This document shows positions 12,501 through 25,179 of a DNA stretch of 64,000 nucleotides, in pieces. Under the pieces are notes generated by a model. It was not told the DNA's origin. It made no database searches and saw only the letters and a list, made by a program, of their open reading frames with translations. The stretch lies in contig NC_047030.1 in assembly GCF_902652985.1 (NCBI RefSeq), positions 21,514,001-21,578,000 of the forward strand. The letters are read 5' to 3'. Positions within the stretch are counted from its first letter, which is position 1, and every line of letters begins with the position of its first letter. Source of the stretch: Pecten maximus. Taxonomy: Eukaryota. The position numbers and the translations under genes are program-made.

Positions 12501-15424
12501 CCTGCTGCCCCCATTGCATGATCGCAAGAGGCGACTAAATTTGGGATCTTATCTTTTCTCTTCTTTCTTAACAACTTTCTTCTTCTTATGTCTCCCTTAA
12601 CAATGCGTCACTTTTGGCCTTTAGTTGAGCGTTCGCCCCTTTGAGGAAGGCTTTGGGTTCTGTCCCCTAGCCGAGACATACCAGAGTCTTTAAAAATGGT
12701 AGTTGCTGCTCCTGATTAGCGCTCAGCATATTTGGAGTGGGACGACTGGTTCGCCCGTTGTCAGTATAATGTGACCGGGTGGGGTGTGCTGCTGGGTGTC
12801 TTCGGCAGTATGCTTCAGTGAGGTAGCACTATTAATCGGCAAAAGTTCCGGCCTATCACAAGGAGACTCAACACGAACATACCGCAGCCTTCCAAAACAA
12901 ACATACGCACTCGCCACACGCATGCATGTCGCACGCACGGGAGGCCGTCCTTAAATGACCTTAGCTGTTAATAGGACGTTAAACAAAATAAACCAAACCA
13001 AACCAAACCAAACCTATTTATTTCTGTACTGGAAAAAAATTGAACATTCTACAAACTTAACTTAGACACACATGGAGTTGCCTCAAATATGATCCTGATA
13101 GTGTGAATCTAGGGTGAATCTAGTTTAAGATCCATCTTGCTTCAGTGGGCGTCCATGTTAGAATGCCGTTCAGTTTTTCTTTTAATAACCATTCTATCGA
13201 CAATAAAAAGCCCATAATTGAAATTCGATAGGAATTGAGTTAAACTTAGAACTGATTTTGATTGGTAATTTAGATCTTTCTGTAGACATTAAAACCATTG
13301 TGTTTAGATGTGTGTACAGTTTCATTAAATCCAGCAATATATTTTTTAAAGTTTTTATGTTGTATACTTGTACCTGGTATAATATATAAAAATGTATAAT
13401 TACTCCAAGTTTATAGTTTATGTCTATTTCACTGTTATCGTGTACTTGTAAATGTATGATGGAAGAAGACTCCAATAAGTTGTAATAATTTCTGCCCAAT
13501 TCCTTGCCAAATTAATTTTGGACGCCATACTGTAAAAAAGATATTCTAGCGGTTATCTTATTCTAGCGGTTTGGGGCAAAGTATTCTTGCGCTCACGTTT
13601 TGAGTTCAATAAAGAAAAACATACAGAATGAATAGTTTATTCATGTGCATTGGTTGCGCCAATTTAAAATTGCGCTTTGTTTAAATTCTGGGAGGTTCGT
13701 TGAGAATGGTGACATTGGGGCGAGGTTGTTTTTGGGCGGTTGTTTGATACTGATGAACTTGACGAGGGGGACTGGCAGAGGATGACCTTCAGGCAGTTAG
13801 AGCTTCCTGATTTATTTCTCACCACTCTTCCGGAGTCGGAACTCAAACATGTTTTCATCGCTGATATTCGCCCAAGTTCTGTTAAGTTGTTAAGTCATAC
13901 CCAGTTTTCTACGGCATTTTTAACAAACTCTTCAGTTAATATTCCCTGCTCAAAACTGTCATTCGTTTGAAAATGAACACAGGTTAAGTTTTGACTGGAT
14001 ATTACATTTATTGTCAAAAGAAAGATAAGTACCTTCAGTTTCAAAGCCATATGTACACCGGACGGCCCCGCCCCTACTACGGCGATCTTGTCATCCAGGT
14101 TTTTAGGTCCCCTGATATATCGGAATCCTGACGACGGGTCTATAGGCAATAGATCATCATCTTCCTCCGACGATGGTGGTCCATGATTGTGGTGCTTTTT
14201 GTTTAATTCTAACTCGCCTAAGTAATAAAGAAAAAAATAGTTAAGGAATGGTAAAACGTATAATCAATTCAGTCCTAACACTGACTTCAGAAATGTAACT
14301 AATACATTACTGATTCGGATTAGTGTTAACGTATTGATTTTGGCGCACTGAAATTTTCGCGCGTTTCCAAATTATTACAAATATACGCAATGAAGAATTA
14401 GCACATTCTCATATTTTATATTGTCATGCTCCGATCCTGATAATGCACATATGTTAACGTTTTCACCGCAGTCCTGGTTTATATCTAAATACCTTGCCAT
14501 TAGATATCAAGTACTTATTAATTACACGCAATACATTAAATAGATGTATAACTTCACATGACTAGTCCGGTGATACTTTGTAAATGTGTCAGGTGATGCT
14601 ATGTTCTGACATATACAAAAGGTAGATCTACTCAATTATCGGCCGTATCCTCAAAAATAATGTCAACTTACGTTTTAGTTCCTCGATTAAATTCTGTTCG
14701 AGAGTTGGCATCCCGGTCATAACCTATAACACAGAATTATAACGACTGTAATAAAGATGTACTGGCCTATCAATGGAAATCATCCTATTGTTTAACATTG
14801 ACATATTGAACTGCATTTATTGTTTGAATAAAAATAAACGAAGTACAAATTTGTTTGTTTTAATATCACACAAAATACAAATAGAATCGGAGGTACAAGA
14901 CTTAGTGTTGGTAGTGTGTTCTACAGTACTTTATACATAACTCCAACGTAGGCTTATTGTTTGTGTGTTTTACAGAACTTTAAAGTTCGCTTGTTTTCTC
15001 TGTATTTTACACTGTTCAATGTACGAATGTTGTTTTAATATTTTACAGAAGTTCAATGTACGTTTGCTGTCTCCGTATATTACAGATCTGCAAATAACAG
15101 AAGTAAGAGATAAAAAAGTTTTTTGTGCATTTAGATAAATTTCAAAATTTAACTTGTAAATAACAAAGTACGGATAATATAGAAAAAAAACCCACAAAAA
15201 CAAAAAAACACAAAAAAAACACAAAAAAACAAACAAACAAAAAGTAGATCTATAAAAATTTTAAATGAATAAGCATTATATTTCCATTAAAACTAAATAA
15301 ACGTGATGCAATTGATATATACGATGCAATTGGAATCAAAATTGTCTACAGAAGTGGCTGTCGGTAGTCATACCTGAAAACATCCGAACAGTATCAGCAT
15401 TAACACGGGCGGAGTCCCCATCAT
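2889..15424 (-). CDS. Secreted FAD-dependent polyenoic/linoleate fatty acid isomerase-like flavoprotein (amine oxidase fold), ~563 aa, 5 coding exons
   Basis: Exons 15424-15374, 14723-14672, 14217-14033, 9266-9062 and 4087-2889, all GT-AG with matching phases (1692 nt). Signal peptide MMGTPPVLMLILFGCFQVMTG; Rossmann motif IAVVGAGPSG; FEKEDKVGGKS; HEMG. The C-terminus WDYFPQFS...MQGKYGMWYAG...FE resembles Propionibacterium PAI and red-algal PFI. The donor at 9062 is the least certain junction. Confidence 0.85.
4130..7060. repeat. Intronic CT-rich ~20-22 bp satellite (tctaatctctctctttcccg) with (CT)n tracts, ~600 bp higher-order units and an N gap at 5276-5403
   Basis: The block ctgatttctattttcccgtcgtctaatctctctcattcccgac recurs at ~5404, ~5998 and ~6609. 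Confidence 0.9.
7060..8365. repeat. ~20 bp satellite (tatatatcccgcgtaacctt) related to the adjacent CT satellite, interrupted at ~7280-7570
   Basis: Tandem units are directly visible. Confidence 0.9.
8820..9030. mobile_element. MITE with ~25 bp terminal inverted repeats and TA ends
   Basis: tactgtaaacgtacttattttagcg ... cgctaaaatatgtacgtttagagta. Decayed relatives near 14325-14400 and 30130-30250. Confidence 0.8.
11620..13230 (+). mobile_element. Decayed non-LTR retrotransposon (RT C-terminal remnant) interrupted by younger insertions
   Basis: Broken reading EYAYELWDG...KLERAQSEATRSITG...KLKLLYKIYN, typical of LINE RT C-termini. Split by an insert at ~11930-12250 and by the SINE at 12471. 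Confidence 0.6.
12471..13012 (+). mobile_element. Meta-domain-type tRNA-derived SINE with a structured 5' leader and (AAACC)n tail
   Basis: Core aaaaatggtagttgctgctcc...gcgctcagcat...gactggttcgcccgttgtcagtataatgtgaccgggtgggg; tail gtccttaaatgaccttagctgttaataggacgttaaac; possible TSD acctattt. Confidence 0.8.
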
Positions 15425-15896
15425 GCTGTTTCGTCTCGAGAAGCTGAAATAAACTGATTCAGCTTTCGTTCATACTAATATCATATCTGTACGGTGTGTA
15501 GGGGTACTCAGGGGAGGAGTTCAAACATATTCAGTCACCCTTATCATTAAAATTGTGTCTATGTCAGCACAAACACGTCGAATTCACGTTTCTCATACTT
15601 CAATCATACAAAAATGATTTATCATCTTATGTCAAAATAATATCAAGGTTTCTCTGTCACGAAGTGATTATTAAAATTCGGTCATTGGAAATGGTGACTT
15701 GCATCAAATAGTTCGTCTCGCGAAGGTTTATCATATACCGTTATAAGTACGACTCCCAATACAACTAACAAGAGAAAGTTTTTCAGCAGTAAGTCTAAAG
15801 ATTATTTTCGGGACTGTTAATATATACAAAATTTTGAAATATCTGAAAGCTGTTGGTTTATATCACATGGTTTGTGTAACAGTGGTCACTTTTTCA

Positions 15897-16128
15897 TTTT
15901 AAAGCACTCGTGAGTGTACCGATATTTATTTACATTTTAAAGCACTCGTGAGTGTACCAATATTTATTTACATTTTAAAGCACTCGTGAGTGTACCGATA
16001 TTTATTTACATTTTAAAGCACTCGTGAGTGTACCGATATTTATTTACATTTTAAAGCACTCGTGAGTGTACCGATATTTATTTACATTTTAAAGCACTCG
16101 TGAGTGTACCGATATTTATTTACATTTT
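15897..16128. repeat. 38-bp VNTR (aaagcactcgtgagtgtaccgatatttatttacatttt)
   Basis: 6 copies here; 2, 4, 1, 4 and 1 copies in units 2-6. Confidence 0.95.
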
Positions 16129-16417
16129 TACATGTTTCGTTTGTTTTATGTCGTTTCGTCTTTTGCCCACTTTCCTCATAATTTTTAGTCGTCCATTTTT
16201 TGGCCCTAATGGCCCTTATAGTGTTAAGAACTTATAACTAACTATCTCAATGTTCGCTACCTAGCCAAGACTACCAGTGTACTGGGCACAATATAACCAA
16301 TATAACACTATCCAGAATTTTATGTGACGAAGAGATGTTTAAATCACCATAGACCATCCTATATCTCCTGTCGACCGTCTTGGTTTAGTTAATTATTATT
16401 GAATGTCCTATGAATAG

Positions 16418-16830
16418 CTTACGTCGTTTAAGGACGGCCTCCTGTGCGTGCGACATGCATGCATGTGGTGAGTGTGTATGTGTCTTTTGGAAGGCATGAG
16501 TATGTTCGAAATTTTTGCCGATTTATAGTGCTACCTCACTGAAGCATACTGCCGAGGACACCAAGACGGACATCCCACCTGGTCATATTATACTGACAAC
16601 GGGCGAACCAGTCATCCCACGCCCAAAATATCATTTTTAGACTCTGATATGTCTCGATTTGGGAACAGAACCCAAAGCTAAAGCCAAAGGTGAGGCATTG
16701 TTAAGGGAGACATTAGAAAGAAGGACGCTATCAGAATAAGCTCAAGTGGTATAAGATCCCAAATTTAGTCGCATCTTACGATTACGCAATGGAGACAGCA
16801 GGTATAATTCTTACGCCCTACCTGCAGGCA
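16418..16830 (-). mobile_element. Meta-type SINE copy, present in each of the six units
   Basis: Reverse-complement match to 12471-13012. Confidence 0.85.
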
Positions 16831-19800
16831 CTACAGCTGCCTTGTTTTAAATATCTCGCCTCAACAGGAAAATATATACGTTTTATTCACACCTTTGAAA
16901 TTGTGATGTGTGCGCTAAGTTGTCATCGAATGATTGCAATCTTTATGGGGTTATTGACACACCTATCCAGGTGAAGATAATTTGTTATTGGTGCCTAAAA
17001 ACTTTCTCTTGACACCATTAAGTGCCACACGTGTTTAGTGAAGAGAAACTGTTTTCTGTAACCTGAAAACATCCGAACAGTATCAGCATTAACACAGGCG
17101 GAGTCCCCATCATGCTGTTTCGTCTCGAGAAGCTGAAATAAACTGATTCAACTTTCGTTCATACTAATATCATATCTGTACGGTGTGTAGGGGTACTCAG
17201 GGGAGGAGTTTATACAAGTTCAGTCACCCTTATCATTAAAATTTTGTCTATGCCAGCACAAACACGTCGAATTCGGGTTTCTCATACTTCAATCATACAA
17301 AAATGATTTATTATCTTATGTCAGGATAATATCAAGGTTTCTCTGTCACGGAGTGATTATTAAAATTCGGCCATTGGAAATGGTGACTTGCATCAAATAG
17401 TTCGTCTCGCGAAGGTTTATCGTATACCGTTATAAGTACGACTCCCAATACAACTAACAAGAGAGAGTTTTACAGCAGTAAGTCTAAAGATTATTTTCGG
17501 GACTGTTAATATATACAAAATTTTGAAATATCTGAAAGCTGTTGGTTTATATCACATGGTTTGTGTAACAGTGGTCACTTTTTCATGTTAAAGCACTCGT
17601 GAGTGTACCGATATTTATTTACATTTTAAAGCACTCGTGAGTGTACCGATATTTATTTACATTTTTACATGTTTCGTTTGTTTTATGTCGTTTCGTCTTT
17701 TGCCCACTTTCCTCATAATTTTTAGTCGCCATATTTTGGCCCTAATGGCCCTTATAGTGTTAAGAACTTATAACTAATTATCTCAATGTTCGCTACCTAG
17801 CAAAGACTACCAGTGTACTGGGCACAATATAACACTATCCAGAATTTCATGTGACGAAGAGATGTTTAAATCACCATAGACCATCCTATATCTCCTGTCG
17901 ACCGTCTTGGTTTAGTTAATTATTATTGAATGTCCTATGAATAGCTTACGTCGTTTAAGGACGGCCTCCTGTGCGTGCGACATGCATGCATGTGGTGAGT
18001 GTGTATGTGTCTTTTGGAAGGCATGAGTATGTTCGAAATTTTTGCCGAATTATAGTGCTACCTCACTGAAGCATACTGCCGAGGACATCCCACCTGGTCA
18101 TATTATACTGACAACGGGCGAACCAGTCATCCCACGCCCAAAATATCATTTTTAGACTCTGATATGTCTCGATTTGGGAACAGAACCCAAAGCTAAAGCC
18201 AAAGGTGAGGCATTGTTAAGGGAGACATTAGAAAGAAGGACGCTATCAGAATAAGCTCAAGTGGTATAAGATCCCAAATTTAGTCGCATCTTACAATTAC
18301 GCAATGGAGACAGCAGGTATAATTCTTACGCCCTACCTGCAGGCACTACAGCTGGCTTGTTTTAAATATCTCGCCTCAACAGGAAAATATATACGTTTTA
18401 TTTACACCTTTGAAATTGTGATGTGTGCGCTAAGTTGTCATCGAATGATTGCAATCTTTATGGGGTTATTGGAGATAATTTGTTATTTGTGCCTAAAAAC
18501 TTTCTCTTGACACCATTAAGTGTCACACGTGTTTAGTGAAGAGAAACTGTTTTCTGTAACCTGAAAACATCCGAACAGTATCAGCATTAACACGGGCGGA
18601 GTCCCCATCATGCTGTTTCGTCTCGAGAAGCTGAAATAAACTGATTCAACTTTCGTTCATACTAATATCATGTCTGTACGGTGTGTAGGGGTACTCAGGG
18701 GAGGAGTTTATACATATTCAGTCACCCTTATCATTAAAATTTTGTCTACGCCAGCACAAACACGTCGAATTCACGTTTCTCATACTTCAATCATACAAAA
18801 ATGATTTATTATCTTATGTCAGGATAATATCAAGGTTTCTCTGTCACGGAGTGATTATTAAAATTCGGCCATTGGAAATGGTGACTTGCATCAAATAGTT
18901 CGTCTCGCGAAGGTTTATCGTATACCGTTATAAGTACGACTCCCAATACAACTAACAAGAGAGAGTTTTACAGCAGTAAGTCTAAAGATTATTTTCGGGA
19001 CTGTTAATATATACAAAATTTTGAAATATCTGAAAGCTGTTGGTTTATATCACATGGTTTGTGTAACAGTGGTCACTTTTTCATTTTAAAGCACTCGTGA
19101 GTGTACCAATATTTATTTACATTTTAAAGCACTCGTGAGTGTACCGATATTTATTTACATTTTAAAGCACTCGTGAGTGTACCGATATTTATTTACATTT
19201 TAAAGCACTCGTGAGTGTACCGATATTTATTTACATTTTTACATGTTTCGTTTGTTTTATGTCGTTTCGTCTTTTGCCCACTTTCCTCATAATTTTTAGT
19301 CGCCATTTTTTGGCCCTAATGGCCCTTATAGTGTTAAGAACTTATAACTAACTATCTCAATGTTCGCTACCTAGCCAAGACTACCAGTGTACTGGGCACA
19401 ATATAACACTATCCAGAATTTCATGTGACGAAGCGATGTTTAAATCATCAAAGACCATCCTATATCTCCTGTCGACCGTCTTGGTTTAGTTAATTATTAT
19501 TGAATTTCCTATGAATAGCTTACGTCGTTTAAGGACGGCCTCCTGTGCGTGCGACATGCATGCATGTGGTGAGTGTGTATGTGTCTTTTGGAAGGCATGA
19601 GTATGTTCGAAATTTTTGCCGATTTATAGTGCTACCTCACTGAAGCATACTGCCGAGGACACCAAGACGGACATCCCACCTGGTCATATTATACTGATAA
19701 CGGGCGAACCAGTCATCCCACGCCCAAAATATCATTTTTTTAGACTCTGATATGTCTCGATTTGGGAACAGAACCCAAAGCTAAAGCCAAAGGTGAGGCA

Positions 19801-22800
19801 TTGTTAAGGGAAACATTAGAAAGAAGGACGTTATCAGAATAAGCTCAAGTGGTATAAGATCCCAAATTTAGTCGCATCTTACGATTACGCAATGGAGACA
19901 GCAGGTACAATTCTTACGCCCTACCTGCAGGCACTACAGCTGCCTTGTTTTAAATATCTCGCCTCAACAGGAAAATATATACGTTTTATTTACACCTTTG
20001 AAATTGTGATGTGTGCGCCAAGTTGTTATCGAATGATTGCAATCTTTATGGGGTTATTGACACACCTATCCAGGTGAAGATAATTTGTTATTCGTGCCTA
20101 AAAACTTTCTCTTGACACCATTAAGTGTCACACGTGTTTAGTGAAGAGAAACTGTTTTCTGTAACCTGAAAACATCCGAACAGTATCAGCATTAACACGG
20201 GCGGAGTCCCCATCATGCTGTTTCGTCTCGAGAAGCTGAAATAAACTGATTCAACTTTCGTTCATACTAATATCATGTCTGTACGGTGTGTAGGGGTACT
20301 CAGGGGAGGAGTTTATACATATTCAGTCACCCTTATCATTAAAATTTTATCTACGCCAGCACAAACACGTCGAATTCGGGTTTCGCATACTTCAATCATA
20401 CAAAAATGATTTATTATCTTATGTCAGGATAATATCAAGGTTTCTCTGTCACGGAGTGATTATTAAAATTCGGGCATTGGAAATGGTGACTTGCATCAAA
20501 TAGTTCGTCTCGCGAAGGTTTATCGTATACCGTTATAAGTACGACTCCCAATACAACTAACAAGAGAGAGTTTTACAGCAGTAAGTCTAAAGATTATTTT
20601 CGGGACTGTTAATATATACAAAATTTTGAAATATCTGAAAGCTGTTGGTTTATATCACATGGTTTGTGTAACAGTGGTCACTTTTTCATGTTAAAGCACT
20701 CGCGAGTGTACCAATATTTATTTACATTTTTACATGTTTCGTTTGTTTTATGTCGTTTCGTCTTTTGCCCACTTTCCTCATAATTTTTAGTCGCCATGTT
20801 TTGGCCCTAATGGCCCTTATAGTGTTAAGAACTTATAACTAATTATCTCAATGTTCGCTACCTAGCAAAGACTACCAGTGTACTGGGCACAATATAACAC
20901 TATCCAGAATTATATGTGACGAAGAGGTGTTTAAATCACCATAGACCATCCTATATCTCCTGTCGACCGTCTTGGTTTAGTTAATTATTATTGAATGTCC
21001 TATGAATAGCTTACGTCGTTTAAGGACGGCCTCCTGTGCGTGCGACATGCATGCATGTGGTGAGTGTGTATGTGTCTTTTGGAAGGCATGAGTATGTTCG
21101 AAATTTTTGCCGATTTATAGTGCTACCTCACTGAAGCATACTGCCGAGGACACCAAGACGGACATCCCACCTGGTCATATTATACTGATAGCGGGCGAAC
21201 CAGTCATCCCACGCCCAAAATACCATTTTTTTAGACTCTGATATGTCTCGATTTGGGAACAGAACCCAAAGCTAAAGCCAAAGGTGAGGCATTGTTAAGG
21301 GAGACATTAGAAAGAAGGACGTTATCAGAATAAGCTCAAGTGGTATAAGATTCCAAATTTAGTCGCATCTTACGATTACGCAATGGAGACAGCAGGTACA
21401 ATTCTTACGCCCTACCTGCAGGCACTACAGCTGCCTTGTTTTAAATATCTCGCCTCAACAGGAAAATATATACGTTTTATTTACACCTTTGAAATTGTGA
21501 TGTGTGCGCTAAGTTGTCATCGAATGATTGCAATCTTAATGGGGTTATTGACACACCTATCCAGGTGAAGATAATTTGTTATTCGTGCCTAAAAACTTTC
21601 TCTTGACACCATTACGTGTCACACGTGTTTAGTGAAGAGAAACTGTTTTCTGTCACCTGAAAACATCCGAACAGTATCAGCATTAACACGGGCGGAGTCC
21701 CCATCATGCTGTTTCGTCTCGAGAAGCTGAAATAAACTGATTCAACTTTCGTTCATACTAATATCATGTCTGTACGGTGTGTAGGGGTACTCAGGGGAGG
21801 AGTTTATACATATTCAGTCACCCTTATCATTGAAATTTTGTCTACGCCAGCACAAACACGTCGAATTCACGTTTCTCATACTTCAATCATACACAAATGA
21901 TTTATTATCTTATGTCAGGATAATATCAAGGTTTCTCTGTCACGGAGTGATTATTAAAATTCGGGCATTGGAAATGGTGACTTGCATCAAATAGTTCGTC
22001 TCGCGAAGGTTTATCGTATACCGTTATAAGTACGACTCCCAATACAACTAACAAGAGAGAGTTTTACAGCAGTAAGTCTAAAGATTATTTTCGGGACTGT
22101 TAATATATACAAAATTTTGAAATATCTGAAAGCTGTTGGTTTATATCACATGGTTTGTGTAACAGTGGTCACTTTTTCATTTTAAAGCACTCGTGAGTGT
22201 ACCGATATTTATTTACATTTTAAAGCACTCGTGAGTGTACCAATATTTATTTACATTTTAAAGCACTCGTGAGTGTACCGATATTTATTTACATTTTAAA
22301 GCACTCGTGAGTGTACCGATATTTATTTACATTTTTACATGTTTCGTTTGTTTTATGTCGTTTCGTCTTTTGCCCACTTTCCTCATAATTTTTAGTCGCC
22401 ATTTTTTGGCCCTAATGGCCCTTATAGTGTTAAGAACTTATAACTAACTATCTCAATGTTCGCTACCTAGCCAAGACTACCAGTGTACTGGGCACAATAT
22501 AACACTATCCAGAATTTCATGTGACGAAGAGATGTTTAAATCACCATAGACCATCCTATATCTCCTGTCGACCGTCTTGGTTTAGTTAATTATTATTGAA
22601 TGTCCTATGAATAGCTTACGTCGTTTAAGGACGGCCTCCTGTGCGTGCGACATGCATGCATGTGGTGAGTGTGTATGTGTCTTTTGGAAGGCATGAGTAT
22701 GTTCGAAATTTTTGCCGATTTATAGTGCTACCTCACTGAAGCATACTGCCGAGGACACCAAGACGGACATCCCACCTGGTCATATTATACTGACAGCGGG

Positions 22801-25179
22801 CGAACCAGTCATCCCACGCCCAAAATATCATTTTTAGACTCTGATATGTCTCGATTTGGGAACAGAACCCAAAGCTAAAGCCAAAGGTGAGGCATTGTTA
22901 AGGGAGACATTAGAAAGAAGGACGCTATCAGAATAAGCTCAAGTGGTATAAGATCCCAAATTTAGTCGCATCTTACGATTACGCAATGGAGACAGCAGGT
23001 ATAATTCTTACGCCCTACCTGCAGGCACTACAGCTGCCTTGTTTTAAATATCTCGCCTCAACAGGAAAATATATACGTTTTATTCACACCTTTGAAATTG
23101 TGATGTGTGCGCTAAGTTGTCATCGAATGATTGCAATCTTTATGGGGTTATTGACACACCTATCCAGGTGAAGATAATTTGTTATTGGTGCCTAAAAACT
23201 TTCTCTTGACACCATTAAGTGCCACACGTGTTTAGTGAAGAGAAACTGTTTTCTGTAACCTGAAAACATCCGAACAGTATCAGCATTAACACGGGCGGAG
23301 TCCCCATCATGCTGTTTCGTCTCGAGAAGCTGAAATAAACTGATTCAACTTTCGTTCATACTAATATCATATCTGTACGGTTTGTAGGGGTACTCAGGGG
23401 AGGAGTTTATACAAGTTCAGTCACCCTTATCATTAAAATTGTGTCTATGCCAGCACAAACACGTCGAATTCACTTTTCTCATACTTCAATCATACGAAGA
23501 TGATTTATTATCTTATGTCAGGATAATATCAAGGTTTCTCTGTCACGGAGTGATTATTAAAATTCGGCCATTGGAAATGGTGACTTGCATCAAATAGTTC
23601 GTCTCGCGAAGGTTTATCGTATACCGTTATAAGTACGACTCCCAATACAACTTACAAGAGAGAGTTTTTACAGCAGTAAGTCTAAAGATTATTTTCGGGA
23701 CTGTTAATATATACAAAATTTTGAAATATCTGAAAGCTGTTGGTTTATATCACATGGTTTGTGTAACAGTGGTCACTTTTTCATTTTAAAGCACTCGTGA
23801 GTGTACCGATATTTATTTACATTTTTACATGTTTCGTTTTTTTTATGTCGTTTCGTCTTTTGCCCACTTTCCTCATAATTTTTAGTCGCCATTTTTTGGC
23901 CCTAATGGCCCTGATAGTGTTAAGAACTTATAACTAATTATCTCAATGTTCGCTACCTAGCCAAGACTACCAGTGTACTGGGCACAATATAACCAATATA
24001 ACACTATCCAGAATTTTATGTGACGAAGAGATGTTTAAATCACCATAGACCATCCTATATCTCCTGTCGACCGTCTTGGTTTAGTTAATTATCATTGAAT
24101 GTCCTATGAATAGCTTACGTCGTTTAAGGACGGCCTCCTGTGCGTACGACATGCATGCATGTGGTGAGTGTGTATGTGTCTTTTGGAAGGCATGAGTATG
24201 TTCGAATTTTTTGCCGATTTATAGTGCTACCTCACTGAAGCATACTGCCGAGGACACCAAGACGGACATCCCACCTGGTCATATTATACTGACAGCGGGC
24301 GAACCAGTCATCCCACGCCCAAAATATCATTTTTTTAGACTCTGATATGTCTCGATTTGGGAACAGAACCAAAAGCTAAAGCCGAAGGCGGGGCATTGTT
24401 AAGGGAGACATTAGAAAGAAGGACGTTATCAGAATAAGCTCAGGTGGTATAAGATCCCAAATTTAGTCGCATCTTACGATTACGCAATGGAGACAGCAGG
24501 TACAATTCTTACGCCCTACCTGCAGGCACTACAGCTGCCTTGTTTAAAATATCTCGCCTCAACAGGAAAATATATACGTTTTATTTACACCTTTGAAATT
24601 GTGATGTGTGCGCCAAGTTGTCATCGAATGATACACCTATCCAGGTGAAGATAATTTGTTATTCGTGCCTAAAAACTTTCTCTTGACACCATTAAGTGCC
24701 ACACGTGTTTAGTGAAGAGAAACTGTTTGCCGTAACGACAAACTCTTAACACCTTTAACTACCTTCAGTTCCCATACAAAAATAACATGATCGGACAGAT
24801 AACTCCCACCTTCCGCCCGAGGTAAAGACTTTCAAAATTGATGAATTGCAAAAAGAAAAAAGAAAAATCAATCAATAGAAATGAACGCACTTTAAAGAAA
24901 TTTTAGGTTGACATACATTTGCTTACTTGGAAATTATAATTAGTACACATGGTGATAGTGTGTACCCGTCCTTACTGAAACATGACGATCGGCGTTAAAA
25001 GTGGCAATCAATGAATGATAAAATAATTTTGTCACAGGTGAAAGCGAAGATATTTCCATGACTAATGGCGCATTTATACTGAAAAAAACGTCCAATGATT
25101 TTGGGTCACTTCACTGAACGCTTAACACGAGAAATAAAAGAAGTCATTTTTTATGAAAAGTACTCCAGCCTTGGAATGA

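Larger units (their letters stand above)
15372..24736. repeat. Six tandem ~1.5-1.7 kb units, each with the isomerase-like signal-peptide exon, its upstream region, a 38-bp VNTR and a SINE
   Basis: Units start at 15372, 17061, 18559, 20164, 21655 and 23258; they are near-identical, with SNPs and indels. Confidence 0.97.

Noticed and set aside
15897-16128. CRISPR-like palindromic 38-bp repeats
   Set aside because: No spacers, no cas genes, and a eukaryotic context.
16789-23171. Repeated 61-68 aa ORF METAG... on the plus strand
   Set aside because: It starts in the antisense SINE leader, is stopped early in unit 6 and has no protein features; it is a by-product of the tandem duplication.
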